Assembly: GCF_964355755.1 (NCBI RefSeq)
Contig: NC_092676.1
Span: 18,804,871-18,868,870, forward strand
Reading direction: 5' to 3'
DNA length: 64,000 nucleotides
Source of the DNA: Antedon mediterranea
Taxonomy: Eukaryota > Animalia > Echinodermata
The position numbers and the translations under genes were made by a program. Positions 39,620 through 53,559 of this stretch are shown here, piece after piece (the stretch's first letter is position 1; the number at the start of each line of letters is the position of its first letter). The notes under the pieces are model-generated. The model had not been told where the DNA came from, searched no databases, and saw nothing but the letters and a program-made list of their open reading frames with translations.

Positions 39620-40940
39620 TCTATATATAAATTTACGTAAGGGCAAAATTCGGTAAATCTCGCCTTACTTCTAGAATTTTTACTCGATGGTATATAAAGT
39701 TGGTTCGTACTTTCGGTACTGATTTTAACCACCTGATGTAACCCTGTTTACTAATTAAATTGAGTTAAATAATTAGTTATTGACGATTAAAACGAATTTA
39801 GGTTCAACGATTTGCCCCAAATAGGGGTGTTTTCCGACCGTGGTATACACTGTTTAATGCATGTCCATCGTGAAAAATACCCGCATACAATAATACGAGG
39901 ATGCTTCGCATTTTCCTATCTCCTCCTACGATAACTGTTTTTAATGGCTGAAAACCGGTTGAACAGCTCGAGTACAGCATCATAATGTTGAAGACAGGCC
40001 GATTTTCTTTAAAAAAATACTATTTTGATACATTTAATATACGTTTATACAAATGTATTGATTTGCAATGAATGGAACATTCCAAATTATTTGGTTTAAC
40101 CATACTTGCATACCTCAAATGGTTTAACACAAGTAGGTAAATTTATAGACCCTTGGAGAATAAACAGAAATAGTATTGTAATGCTATACAATACTGCAAA
40201 TAGGTATTAACCACTTTTGATCGCCATTTGAATCAAAATTGTGTTGGTACTGTTAAATATAATATAAACAAATATACTAATAAACTTTATCACTATGAGT
40301 GTGGGTAGCCCCTACTTTTAGATTAAACACATAATAATATAATACTTTATTACTGTCAGTTGTTTCTCAACGTTTGTATTAATTAATAATTACAAAAATA
40401 TAAACGTATTAGTGGTCTTTAAATGTACTTTACTATTTCAATCGACCATGAGACAGTGACAGTTTTAATAAAGTATTAAATCGGAAATGTTTTACTCTAT
40501 TTAGTGGTATATTATTTATAGGCCTATAAAAAAATATTTCGTTACTGAGAGTGGATAATAAAGAAATATATTAAAGAACCATTTAATATAAAGAATATAT
40601 TAAAAAATTGTTCCTCTTTGTACCTATCCTCATCCCCAACGCTCAACTCTAATGTTAGATACAAAACCCTAAACTCTAATAGATACAAAATTGGGTTTGT
40701 TTAAATGAGTCCAAATAACAAATTTGGACTCATTTGTGACAAGTTTCTAGGTGCTAATTTTGGTTGACTACATAAATCATTGTGTCTATTTATTTGTTTC
40801 TGTAAAAGACAATGTTTTATAGTCCTGCCGTACGTACATTTGAAATCGCCAGTTTTTTTACGCTGAAATTACTATGTATTCGAGAACCATCTGTGGGCAC
40901 GAACTAGATGGTACGCGAGCGAAGCGAGCGTACCATCTAG
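39620..40940 (+). mobile_element. Non-autonomous Helitron
   Basis: 5' TC, 3' CTAG and terminal hairpin CTAGATGGTACGC...GCGTACCATCTAG; inserted between A and T with no TSD. Empty site TTCA|TTGTAAT in the paralog at ~24163. Confidence 0.9.
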
Positions 40941-42199
40941 TTGTAATAATGTGTGATAATTCAAAAGACCTCACCACCATGCTCTGATGACCCTTGCAAC
41001 TCGTTGTGCCAAATATCATAATGTGAAAATTTGTCATTTTAGTGTCAGTATTTGTTTATCGATTTTTAGTCTTTCTTTTTTTGCTATGTGCCAAATTCTA
41101 TGGTAATTTAATTATGTTATTTGTCATTACTTTATTTTTATATAATTTAAAAAAGTGGGTTATTCTGTAATCATGTTACAATTGTTGTCATTTTTCTTAG
41201 TTGATGTACGTAACAATTTAAATCGAAATTGCAGTAGGCCTACATAAGACAAAACATTTTAGAAGTCGAATAAAGATCGCGAATGTTAAACTTCGTTCTG
41301 TAGGCTCGCTTCTATTGGCTGCAATTTATGGGAAAGTCGCGGACCACAAATTATTTTCAAAATTCTCAGACATAGGCCTACGTCCAACAACGGTGGGATA
41401 TCAGCTGAGGTGTATCTTGTACACCTTTCTTTAATCAGCATAAACTAACATATTACAGACAGATTAATTTCAAAGACATTATTACTTTGGTCATGGATTA
41501 AAGAATAGACTTAATCCATGGTACAACATATGCTAAAAGATAAATAATACAAAGTTCTTACCTATGATGCGACTGTAGTGAATACGTACCGTACAACGTT
41601 AAACTTTGAATGTTACGTGTATACACATAAATCTATTTTTCCATTAACTTAAAGGTCTTTTATCTGATTTGGAATGTAAAATCATGTGTTTTCAATCATT
41701 CAAACCACCGAATTCATCTTATCAAGGATAATCTTTCTGAGATAGGCCTGCCTCTAAGGCTGATCCTAATTAATGAAATCTTTATTTGTTTATATTGTTT
41801 ACATTGTTTAAGTTTATCAATAATTGAATAAATGTGAAATGAATTGAATTGAATTGAATTTTATTTAGAGAGAGTGACTATCTGTATAATAATGGACTTA
41901 TTTACGATAACTGAGTGGGCCGAAAATAATAAAGGCCAATTACAAAACCAGAAACAAATTGAACACTTTTGAAAGACCTCTATTGAATCAATTTTCTATT
42001 ATCGACTCAAACATATACGCTTGGGATACGTGGGGATTATGCATTGCAACTTGATCCAATATCTATAAACATAGAAAATGAAATTAATATCTTCAATGTC
42101 AAGCATTCAGTTAAAAATGCATATAACTTTGATCAAAACCAAATTCTAATATTAAAAAATTTCAAGACAGTCTTATTCATACATTAAAGGAAAATAACA

Positions 42200-44350
42200 T
42201 TGATAAAACGGACTGTATTCTCTTAGGGATTTTAATTTGGATGCAAATGACAACAACACACTTAATAATAATTTTTTTTCAATAATGGATTGGATTTGCA
42301 ATACTCAACTTATAAACAGTCCAACAAGAAAAACGCTTACTACTAGTACAATAATTGATCATATTTATACAAATATTCATAAATTTAAAATACATTCCGG
42401 TACAATTTATACAGACATATCTGACCATTTTCCTATTTTTGCTTTTTTTGAAGATTTTACATTAGGCCTAAGAATAAAAGATAAGCCAATAACTATAACA
42501 AACAGAAACTTTAAAAATTATAAAGTTGAAAATGTTATTTTTGAACTGGCTTATTGTAATTGGCGTGAAGTGTATGATACCAATGATACAACATACAGCC
42601 TATAATCATTGTAATGATATATTTCTGAATGTTTGTGATAAACATGACCCAATTACAACGCAAAATCCAAAGAAACAACATGTGGATAAACCTTGGCTTT
42701 CCAAAGCAATCAAGACAAGCATAAACAAAAAGAACAAAATGTACTCAAAGTGTATAAAAAGAAATTTTAATCCAGAGATATTTTCACGCTATAAGAAATA
42801 CAGAAATATATTAACAAGTGTAATCAGAAAGGCTAAACAAATATATTACGGTAAACTGTTCAGAAATTGTAAAAACGATAGTGGAAAAATATGGAACAAT
42901 ATAAACATGCTAATTAAAGGATCTAACTCTAATTATCACGGAAATCCTCTCGATACACTCAGAGTGGTCTATGACATGGGTGAGCAAATAAGTAACGGTC
43001 CAGAAAATTGTGCTTCAACTTTCAATAATTATTTTGTTAATATAGGGCCAAATTTAGCCAGCAAAATTAATGAAAACTCGACACCACCTTCTGATTATTT
43101 ACAAAATCCCATAACGCCTTCTTTTTTCTTGAAACCAATTACACATTATGAAATTGAAAATCTAATTAAAAATATAGATATAAAGAAGTCATCTGGCGAT
43201 GATTACATGTCTGGTCGTCTAGTCAAAGACTCTTCTGCTTCCCATATTAGTAGACCACTTGAGCATGTATTTAATTTATCATTTATTAATGGGATCTTCC
43301 CAGATGCTCTGAAAATAGCAAAGGTGTATCCTATTTTTAAGAAGGGAGAAAAAGATGTTATAAACAATTACAGGCCTATTTCTGTTCTACCAATTTTAGC
43401 CAAAATATTTGAAAAATTAGTTAATGTGCGAATGTTAGAATTTCTCGAAAAGCACCATATACTCTATGATCACCAATATGGATTTAGGAAAAATTACAAC
43501 ACTACATTGTCTCTTGTAAATCTAGTAAATTCAATTATCAAGAAAGTGGATGAAGGTAAAGTCACTATTGGAATCTTCATTGACATGCCAAAGGTATTTG
43601 ATACAATTGATCATAATATTTTACTTAACAAACTTCATCACTACGGGGTAAGAGGAATTTGTCTGGATTGGTTTAAAAGTTATCTAACAAACAGAATACA
43701 GTTTGTAAATTATGGTGGATGCAACTCCACCGAAGAACGTATTACACATGGTGTGCCTCGGGGCTCTGTCCTGGGACCAAAACTTTTTCTTTTGTTTATA
43801 AATGACTTACCAACTTCAACAAAATTCTTTAATTTTCGATTATTTGCAGACGACTCAAATCTTTTTCACACATATGATGGAAAACACACTAATATCAATC
43901 TTGATGAAGTATCTTTTCAATTAAATAAAGTATTAAGGTGGTGCAACGCAAATAAGATAACAATAAACTCGTCCAAAACAAATTTCATTATATTCCAAGG
44001 CAGGAAAAAAACAGTCACAACTATAGGTAATATTATAATTGATAATAAGTACATCCAGGAAGTATCTGAAGTCATGTTTATTGGTCTAATTATGGATAAA
44101 CATTTGACATGGAAAAACCACATAGAGAAAATTAGAACTACTATTAAAAGAAAAATTGGAATCATTTTTAAATTGAGACATTTTCTTCCACAGAATATTC
44201 TTTTATTAATTTACAAATCATTTATACAACCACATATCATGTATGGCCTTGAGATTTGGGGAAGCACTTTTTCATCGTATTTACAACCCATCTTTTTACT
44301 TCAGAAAATGGCAGTGAGAGCAATTTCTTTTAGTGACTTTACCTCCCATA
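42200..44350 (+). mobile_element. CR1-type LINE (APE C-terminus plus RT), 3'-truncated
   Basis: IDHIYTN, SDHFPIF, NYRPISVLP, QYGFR, GVPRGSVLGP, FADD, YGLEIWG; no tail. It replaces ~750 bp present in the paralog (~25085-25835). Confidence 0.92.
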
Positions 44351-44731
44351 TGCCCGCTCTCCACGTACTCTACAAAACTTACTGTCATCCATTTTATCAG
44401 TCTCTTTACTCCATTGAATATTATAGGTAGACCTATTATAGGATTTAAAGTACTGTACTGTACTTTATAAGAAAAAGGTACTAACAGCTTTTAATTATTG
44501 TTTGAAGGGTTATGCATGATAGATAGATAGATAGGTATAACTTTTATTGCCCTTCTTGTAAAATGTAACAAAAGGAAATCAAACGAACGAACTACGTATA
44601 AAATACAGAACATAATCATACAAGCCTGTAGAGACCAAACTGTAGTTTTTACTTCTTTTCCAGACTTAACGTATATTTTAGCTCTACTTTACCGTATTGA
44701 GCACTTTTTAGACGGTTACATTGAACCGAAC

Positions 44732-45024
<293 letters not shown>

Positions 45025-45160
45025 CAATGATGTTGCGTAGCACTGTGTAAATTATATATAAATCATACTGTAAATTATAGAAACAGTGCTCATATTCGGA
45101 ACATGATCTCATAATCGCGTCGAGCATAGCTCATTGGCGAAAGTTCCATATTTTTTACAT

Positions 45161-45232
45161 GGCTCTGTGGTCTAGTGGTATGATACTCGCCCTGTAAGCG
45201 AGAGGTTGCAGGTTCGAATCCAGCCAGAGACA
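45161..45232 (+). tRNA. tRNA-like gene or SINE head (tRNA-Pro-like body, TGT anticodon); probably a pseudo-tRNA
   Basis: A box TGGTCTAGTGG, B box GGTTCGAATCC, anticodon stem CTCGC/GCGAG, T6 terminator. C at position 33, G-A mismatch in the acceptor stem and A-A mismatch in the T stem. Confidence 0.75.
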
Positions 45233-45510
45233 TTTTTTCATACAACTAAACAATATGGAACTTTCGACGCGATTATGAGATCATGTTCCGAATATGAGCA
45301 CTGTTTCTATAATTTACAGTATGATTTATATATAATTTACACAGTGCTACGCAACATCATTGATTTACATATACACAATATTATTTAAAAAACCGTTGCG
45401 AATTAAAGTTGGAATTTATTCTGACTTGTTAAGCCTCCACTGATTGTGAGGGCGTTTGTTGTATGAGAGAATGTATCTGGTGGGTGAAAATCTGTGATAA
45501 TACCATACAT

Positions 45511-45582
45511 GGCTCTGTGGTCTAGTGGTATGATACTCGCCCTGTAAGCGAGAGGTTGCAGGTTCGAATCCAGCCAGAGACA
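45511..45582 (+). tRNA. Second identical tRNA-like head
   Basis: Identical to 45161-45232, with a near-identical trailer. Confidence 0.75.
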
Positions 45583-45730
45583 TTTTTTCATACAACTAAA
45601 AAACATGGAACTTTCGCCAATGAGCTATGCTCGACGCGATTATGAGATCATGTTCCGAATATGAGCACTGTTTCTATAATTTACAGTATGATTTATATAT
45701 ATATATGACGTTATCCAAATTCCTTCACTT

Positions 45731-45767
45731 GCACTGATGAAGGGCTAGTGTTGCCCGAAAGCTCTGC
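45731..45767 (+). ncRNA. Minimal type I hammerhead ribozyme (Penelope-like-element type)
   Basis: GCA-CTGATGA-A-GGGC(TAGTGTT)GCCC-GAAA-GCTC-TGC. Intact core, stem II, palindromic AGCT in place of stem III, cleavage triplet CUC, 3-bp stem I. Confidence 0.8.
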
Positions 45768-47635
45768 TAACTTTTCTGGCTGTTTACTTTATCGTTTTGA
45801 TTTAGCTTTTCGCTTTTTATTTTTGAAAAAAATGACAATGCTGTGAGTATCAGTGGCTGGATCTCAATGGAGATACAAATATTTAATATTTAATGTATTA
45901 TAAAAAAAAACAAATAAATATATTTACAATGTAAATACGCTATTGCTTTAATGTGAATCAAATGCAGACGCTACCATTTAAATTCAATCTTCAACGTAAA
46001 AAACTTAACAAGGCCAAACACATGACTGCAGTCGCGTGCTCAAATTAGTGTACAAACAATTAGTCAAACCGCCGAATTAACGAATATAGCTTTGATTTTC
46101 GCAGAGCTACAAACATTCTTAAACGTTGTTACTGCAGGAGCGTCGCCAATCCATGGATCGTAATAATCATCTGGCGTTTAGGTATGCGATGAATAGTTGA
46201 CAAAAAGGCAAAGCCTCCAGGTGCTACATCTGTATACATTCTACGTTGCAAAACAGCGTTAAAATTGCAAAGATCTCCCTTACCAGTGCTACTTTTGAAT
46301 GGAACGATAATAATTTGAAGAATGATTATTGGAATTACCTTTTTATTTCAACACAGCTTCAACGAAAGCGTGGCGAGTCTAGGCAAGGAGGTATCTCCCT
46401 AGTCCAGGTAGCTCGTATATCGAAACCAACCCACCCAGACTTGTCTAAACTCTGTGTAGGCCAAGTGACGGTACACTTGCATACCTTTTAAATGAAATAT
46501 TTATATGGATACAGTATTCGCTTATTGATTAATTGATAATTAATTAATAATACAGTTCTTACCTATACTGCTGTTAAAGTGTATATCTGTGGTCACCGCA
46601 ATTATAGTACAGTATAGGTGAAGTAGCCTAAACTAAAGTAACTTATTTACGGTGTGTATCCAACCATTACAACAAGTTGAATGAGAAACAAAACAACGTG
46701 GCCATACTTTGTCTAATCCACGGCTACTATTTGTCCCTTTATAGAAGTTGCATTGTCATTTACAGCGAAGGAATCATATTTTTTTGGAAAATCTGGAAAC
46801 ATTCAACTATTTTATTTTATATTACGATAATAGTACGATGGTGAGTTTAGAAGACACCATCCATGATCGTGACAAGCCTGGATTGTTTGAATAACGGATA
46901 GGCCTATTTTTAATTTTCAAAACACTTTCAAAATGGGTTAGTGGTCTTGTGGATTTACGAAAAAAAAAAAGTATTGCTAAGAATTGACAATTGTGTGAGA
47001 GATTGGAATGTTCCATTCATCGCTTCCATTTATCCTTACGAATTGTAACCCCGTGTAACTGGAAGTTTATAAACTGTTGTACAGTAGCAAACTCATGGTT
47101 TGCACGAGTTGGCTTACTATAAAGGTTGCTATTGTACTAGATGTAATAACTTACTGTAGTCATGTGATCTTCAGATGAATAGCCTCCAGTAACACGATTT
47201 TCTCCAAACAAGTCGAGTTCTTAAACAAGCTGGTTTAGACTTTTTGACGAAAAAAAAAAATGCTTTGACTATAAATAGTATCAACATACAGTAGTTTTAT
47301 TCCTTATCATTAAAATAGTATTCGGATAGTTTTATTGCGTATAGAGCAATGTAAGCTTACCATTTTTGTTTCTGTTCTAGTAATGAAGAATCATCATAAA
47401 AGTACAAAGAACAATTCAATTAAAGTAACACAAATTTACCTAAATTTTAAAAGAAAATTAATACCTCTATTGGGTAATTTTTCTAAAAATAATATTTTTT
47501 TTGCCTGTCTTATTTATTATAATAATGATCAGGATATAAATATTTGTGCTGTTTAAATGATAAAGAGTATGTTCTTATCTAAAGAAAAGAAATCTTTCTA
47601 GATTCTCATGTCGGAGGATCACGATGTAACTATGC

Positions 47636-50600
47636 CTACATCGTCGTGTCTTTGGTCTCAACTGATCGATATTCCTCGGGTTTAGAATCTCTAGCACTGT
47701 AACATAAAAAAGTATTCAATTATTGTAAAAGACATGTGGAACTTTAAAAGACAATAGTGAACGCAATTGTGTATTTATACCTTTGGACGATACAGGAATA
47801 TGGAATTGAAAAGTGTTTAAGTGAAAATGTCTACGTACCAACATTGTTTAGAAACAGTCAGCTTGTATTCATCCGCCTCTTTTATATTGTCTGGTAGATT
47901 CTGGTTTTGTGTCTCTGGTAGAAGCAGTATTAATATTCCTGCTAGCAGAGATTGTGCACCAAAGAGAATGAGCGGCATCACAATGGACGTGTAATCTCCA
48001 ATCAGGAGGATATACGGAGCAGATACCCCGCCAACTCTGGCGCAAATGGATGAAAATCCCAAACCAATATTCCTAAATGATATTGTAAAATACTCCATTC
48101 TCAAATTAATAGTAGAAATAGTTTACTATAACTTCTTGGTAGTGTATATTTTTGGTGTTGGTGTGTTGGTCTTGTTATAACAACTTTATTATTTCTATCT
48201 GCTTGTTTCTAATTAATTAATTAGTAGGGCCATACTACAGAGTGCGCTAGGAAAAAATATTAGGCCTATGACTTTTACAAACCTGACGGTGGTTGGATAC
48301 AGTTCGGCTGAGTATAAATAAACAATTCCGTACGAAGCGGTGATACATAATTTGCCTATCATAGCAAATACCAAGACAGGGACTTTGTAATCTACATAAA
48401 ATGAATAAAAATAAATATTTATACAGTCGCGTATGGTAAGTATAATTCTACGCTTATTATGAATAAATGAGTAATTATTACAGAGGCAAATCCAAAATTT
48501 AAATTTCAAGAACTCAACTTGAAACAAACATGTGTATTATTAACATGACCTGTGTTTGCATTTGTTTCGTACGGAGTGATGCCACAGAGAAGTTTAGATT
48601 TGACGCATGTGAAATCGTATCCCTTCGCCACATGCATGCTTACTTAATAAAATATAGGCCTAAAAGGTTTATTTTTACTAACCTTTAATTACAGTTGTCG
48701 AAAGTAAAACTACGCCACCTATACTCATGAATATGCAAATTACTCTTTTTCTGCCCAGACGTTTTAAAAGAAGTTGTGACAAAATATACGCTGGCACTTC
48801 AACAGCTCCAGAGATGAAGAAAGCGAGATAAGGATTCGAACCCAAACTTTCTGTATGAAATGCAAGTCCATAATATACCATAGAATTTGAGAGCCTTTTA
48901 GGTAGTGGAATAAAAAGATTATTAAGATATGTAATACCTATTTTAATATGAATTCTACGACCGCTGTTTTGTCATAACATACCAGTTAAAACCAATGAGA
49001 ATTGTTTTCCATCTCATTGTTGGTGAGGTGAAGAATAATGCCTTAATGTTCTCAGTTTGGGCGCCATGTTCTTTCTGTAAACGGAAATAGTCATAACGAA
49101 ATATTATAATATTTGAAATAAACTTGAAGATAAGTAAACATTAATAATGATCTAAATGTATTGATTAATTTAGACCCTATCGCCTGTGTGCATTAATTAA
49201 TTTACACTAACCATTTTAACCGCTTTCAGAGTTTCAAGACAGTCTTCTGGTAATGATTTCTTGTTTGTTTTTGCAAAGTTTCTCAATATTTTAACACTTT
49301 CTTCGTATCTTCCTTTTGTCATAAGCCATCGGGGAGATTCTGGTAATATCCTACAGTATATTTATATCACAATTTTAGTTAAATAGTACTTAAAGCCCCA
49401 TTTATACTAGAATGATAACGATTGATGATAAATAGATAATATGTGTTTTTCCTACATGGAATAAGAGAAATCTATACAGTTTTTAACTCTAGCATAACCA
49501 TATATGCTGCTTTTGAAAAAAAATAATATTTTCACACGTTCAATGAAATGACGTCATGATTAGTAAGAACAATAATATTGTGACGATCCAACGATTGTAT
49601 TGTTCGTATTGATCATGACGTCATATGATTGGAATAAAACAAAATTTTAATGGAATGATCATAATAAAATTTACGCGACATTTTTGGTATATAATAGACA
49701 GAAGAAGCTTGGTTGATTTTGGTGTGCCACTCTCTTTCTTCCCAGTGGGAACTTTGCTCTAATCACTTTAATTATCTAGAAGATATTTAAGAAAAGAGAG
49801 AATCTTACCAAAAGTAGCTCAAGAATAAGACACCGGGCAAAGAAAGCGTCAACTCAATATTCTGCCAATCTCTAAGAGCATAAGCTACACCAGTTAATAT
49901 GATGTAACCAAGAGTATAAAAGTATTCTATCGTAATCCCGATAAATGTCCTCCATGATGGCCCTACTATTTCGGTTACTAAAACAAAATAAAATGATTAG
50001 GAAGGAAGAAATGAATGGATTATTATTGCTACATTTCAGACATTTGTTTGCAATTACGTTTTTTAGTCGCGTGCAACGCGACTCTACGGCTCACTATGTC
50101 GGTCGGTCGGTCGGTTGGTTGGTTGGTCGGTCGGTAGGTAAACACTAATTTGAGAACGCGTCTGCAACCATGTATATGGCCTTGTTAATCTATACTTTTT
50201 CTTTTGTTCATAATATATTATACAAGGTTCTGTAAATATAATATTTACCAATGACGAAAGCTGTCAGAAAGACCCCCGAGGAAGCGCACCCAAGCAAGAA
50301 TTGAAAGGTAATAAATACTGGAAAAGAACCAGAAAAACTTGACAAAACACCACATGTAATCTGAAACAAAACACAGTACAATAAATTAGATGGTGTTTTT
50401 GATATTTTGTATATTGCTGTGTTTTATGCATGTATTAATGTTTTGTGTGCGTTGTACTGTACTCTCCGCGAGAGTAGTCTTACATATTATTATAAAGAAG
50501 TAGTAAATACACATTTCAGTACATTCAAGAGACAAACAAATCCACTTCAAGAAAAACCAACCTGTAACAGCAATGAGATCAGTAGTATTTTCTTTCGACC

Positions 50601-52242
50601 AAACAAGTCCGATAGTTGTCCGAAGACTAATGAACCGATAAGTTTTCCGAGAAGTACGATTGACTTTCCCAGTTGACGCATCCAGTTTTGATCACAAACC
50701 AAGTCCCACTGAATAAGAAAACGTTAATACTTTTTTAACTATGTGACGTTAGGTAGACCATCTTAAGATAGGAGGAGGAAGAGAATGAGGAAGAGGATGA
50801 GGAAGAGGAAGAAGAACAGAAGTAAAATGAACAAAAAGAGAAAGTGGAAAAGAAGTAGTAGGAGTAAGAGGAACAGAAGGAGGAAGAGGAGGAGGAACAG
50901 AAGTAAAATGAACAAAAAGAGAAAGTGGAAAAGAAGTAGTAGGAGTAAGAGGAACAGAAGGAGGAAGAGGAGGAGGAACAGAAGTAAAATGAACAAAAAG
51001 AGAAAGTGGAAAAGAAGTAGTAGGAGTAAGAGGAACAGAAGGAGGAAGAGGAGGATGAGGATGAGGATGAGGATGAGGAAGAAGAAGAGGAACAGAAGGA
51101 GGAAGAGGAGGAGGATCAGAAGTAAAATGAACAAAAAGAGAAATTGGAAAAGAAGTAGTAGGAGTAAGAGGAACAGAAGGAGGAAGAGGAGGAGGAACAG
51201 AAGTAAAATGAACAAAAAGAGAAAGTGGAAAAGAAGTAGTAGGAGTAAGAGGAACAGAAGGAGGAAGAGGAGGAGGAACAGAAGTAAAATGAACAAAAAG
51301 AGAAAGTGGAAAAGAAGTAGTAGGAGTAAGAGGAACAGAAGGAGGAAGAGGAGGATGAGGATGAGGATGAGGATGAGGAAGAGGAAGAGGAACAGAAGGA
51401 GGAAGAGGAGGAGAAACAGAAGTAAAATGAACAAAAAGAGAAAGTGGAAAAGAAGTAGTAGGAGTAAGAGGAACAGAAAGAGGAAGAGGAGAATGAGGAT
51501 GAAAAATAGATGCATTACCTTATATTCCCCTCCCTAAATTTGCGCGCCACTTGGTATTTATTCCATTTAAATCGACGACATCGTTTTAAGCTCTGTCTAC
51601 TCTATCAAACATTATGTGACAAAAAATGTGAAGTGTGCCCATATATGGACATGATATTGTCATATCACTACTATATTTGGGCACATCACACTTTTTTATC
51701 AAACAAACTTGAGAGTGTAGACAGAGTTACAAGAATCAAATTTAATCAATTAATTTAAGGTGTGTAGTTGAAGGAGGAGGAAGTTGAAGTATATTTGAAT
51801 GCTCTCTCATTGTTACACTTTTTAGGCCTACGATCAACCCCTAAAATTGTAAAATACTTACTTCTGTGACGACTGTCTCTCCGTAAATCTTACGATCGTA
51901 GAGCCATCCTGAACGACACTCGGTCTCTTCATCCGATTCAGACGTGCAGTTAAAATCACTATCACTGTTAAACCCAGTGATGTTGTATTGTTTATATTCC
52001 TTACATTTAGACCATTCATCCTTGTCGCTATCCCATGGGATTGCACATTCAATGGCGTCGTCTTTGTACTTCAGTGCCCCTTCAAATCGGCAGTGATGTT
52101 TGGGCGAACCACTTATAAACGTGTTGGCAAAGCTATGGAAAGCGCAGGGAATGGCTGTAAGGCACACCAAGAAAAAATACAACTTCTGAGCTCTTCCAAA
52201 TTCACCTACGTGGTTTACGAGAATATCGTCAAACGCTTCCAT
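47636..52242 (-). CDS. SLC22 family transporter copy 3, 551 aa; exons 52242-51862, 50708-50562, 50360-50249, 49977-49809, 49350-49212, 49074-48983, 48894-48683, 48391-48283, 48072-47839, 47696-47636
   Basis: Same exon structure (exon 9 is one codon longer); distinct last exon [19 protein letters not shown]. Confidence 0.92.
50059..50186 (+). mobile_element. HINE/DINE-like element (paralog of 19692)
   Basis: Same ends with a longer (GGTC/GGTT)n tract. Confidence 0.55.
50771..51500 (+). repeat. Purine-rich minisatellite, 81-bp unit with a 300-bp higher-order period
   Basis: AAGTAAAATGAAC recurs at 50820, 50901, 50982, 51120, 51201, 51282 and 51420; a single unit is present in the paralog at 20371-20505. 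Confidence 0.92.
51586..51730. mobile_element. Palindromic TTAA MITE (same family as 5786)
   Basis: TTAAGCTCTGTCTAC...GTGTAGACAGAG. Confidence 0.7.
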
Positions 52243-53559
52243 AACCCTGCAGCTAACAAAACTGTTCTTACAATCAGATTATCAACGAAATCTAATGTAA
52301 CTATTTTACTTGAGATCCGATGCAGATTTCTTAGTATCGATCTGTTAACAGATGTCTATTGACTGAATGATACAACATTAAACAATGAAAATATAGTGAT
52401 CTTTTCTTTACTCTATCATGGACAAACCTACTAAATCGATTACTGGCAGATCAGATCATTGCAGTGTTATCTTGGTCAATAACTAAGACAAGGTTCCTGT
52501 AAGATCAGGTTAGTAAACAACGGCTCTCCGTACAGGGTGTTAAATGAAATCAATCACCTTATTTTATAATGTAGGCCTACAGGTGCTATAAACGCTTTGC
52601 ATAAATTCTACGTTACAAACAAAGCGTCTCCGTACGGCAGTATTGAAATTGAATACAAATCTTTCTTTTAGCTCAGCTATACTGGCTTGAATTAAAAATA
52701 TATCTTATTTAGGTACACGTAAGCCTACATAAACAAAAAGGTGTAACAGAAATCACAGCGAAAAACATGAATTTGACAACGTTATGTTATAAAAAATAAT
52801 TTAGCTTTTGTCCGGTAGTTAGCTAGTTCAAACAGATGTTACTATTGTATACCCTCCCGGGAAAAACACTGCAGCGAATATATGTGGGTATAGGCCTAGG
52901 TTTATAATTTTGGATATAACATGAAAATAAAAATGCCCACATAATTATACTAACAGGGCATAGTATCAATCTGATGAAACATGCTACATCGTTTATTTTT
53001 CATCATTCTTTTAATGCCTCTTTGTTCACAAATAATGCAATAAAAAATGCAATGGGTTATTGATTGATTATTGATTTTCTTACCTATTTTGCTGCACACA
53101 GTAATCCCGTTTATAAATTGCTGGCTTTATGGATGTTCACACACAGAAAGAGCAAAGTAGTTAAGTGAACTGATTCTACCGCGTGTATGCAAATTTACAA
53201 AGAAAATAAAACGATTATAGGATTTCAACCTAATTTATTCTACGAATATAATTAATATATCACGTATACAATTCATAAGTAAAAATGCTAATATTTAAAG
53301 GCCTTGTCCCAATATAATACAAATAAACCTATTTATTGTAATTATAAAATCAACATATGGTGTTTCAAATGGATTATACAAATAATTTATTTTTGTGAGA
53401 AAAAAACAAACAAAATATAACAAATAATTTTCTGTCAGACTTGTTTTTACTCAGAATTACATTTGTTTTTTGCAAAATGTCATTGTCAACATATTTAGAC
53501 ACAAGAAATAAACAAGCGAACATCTATTCTACTGTCTTTATCTACGGAGACTTTTCATT

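Noticed and set aside
45100-45150. Second hammerhead in the inverted tail (CTCATAA...GCGAAAGTTC)
   Set aside because: A hairpin and GAAA are present, but the CUGANGA box has two substitutions at essential positions
50763-51537. Two 250-aa ORFs (Arg/Lys-rich on +, Leu/Phe-rich on -)
   Set aside because: They are translations of an intronic purine-rich minisatellite whose periods are multiples of 3; the paralog has only one unit
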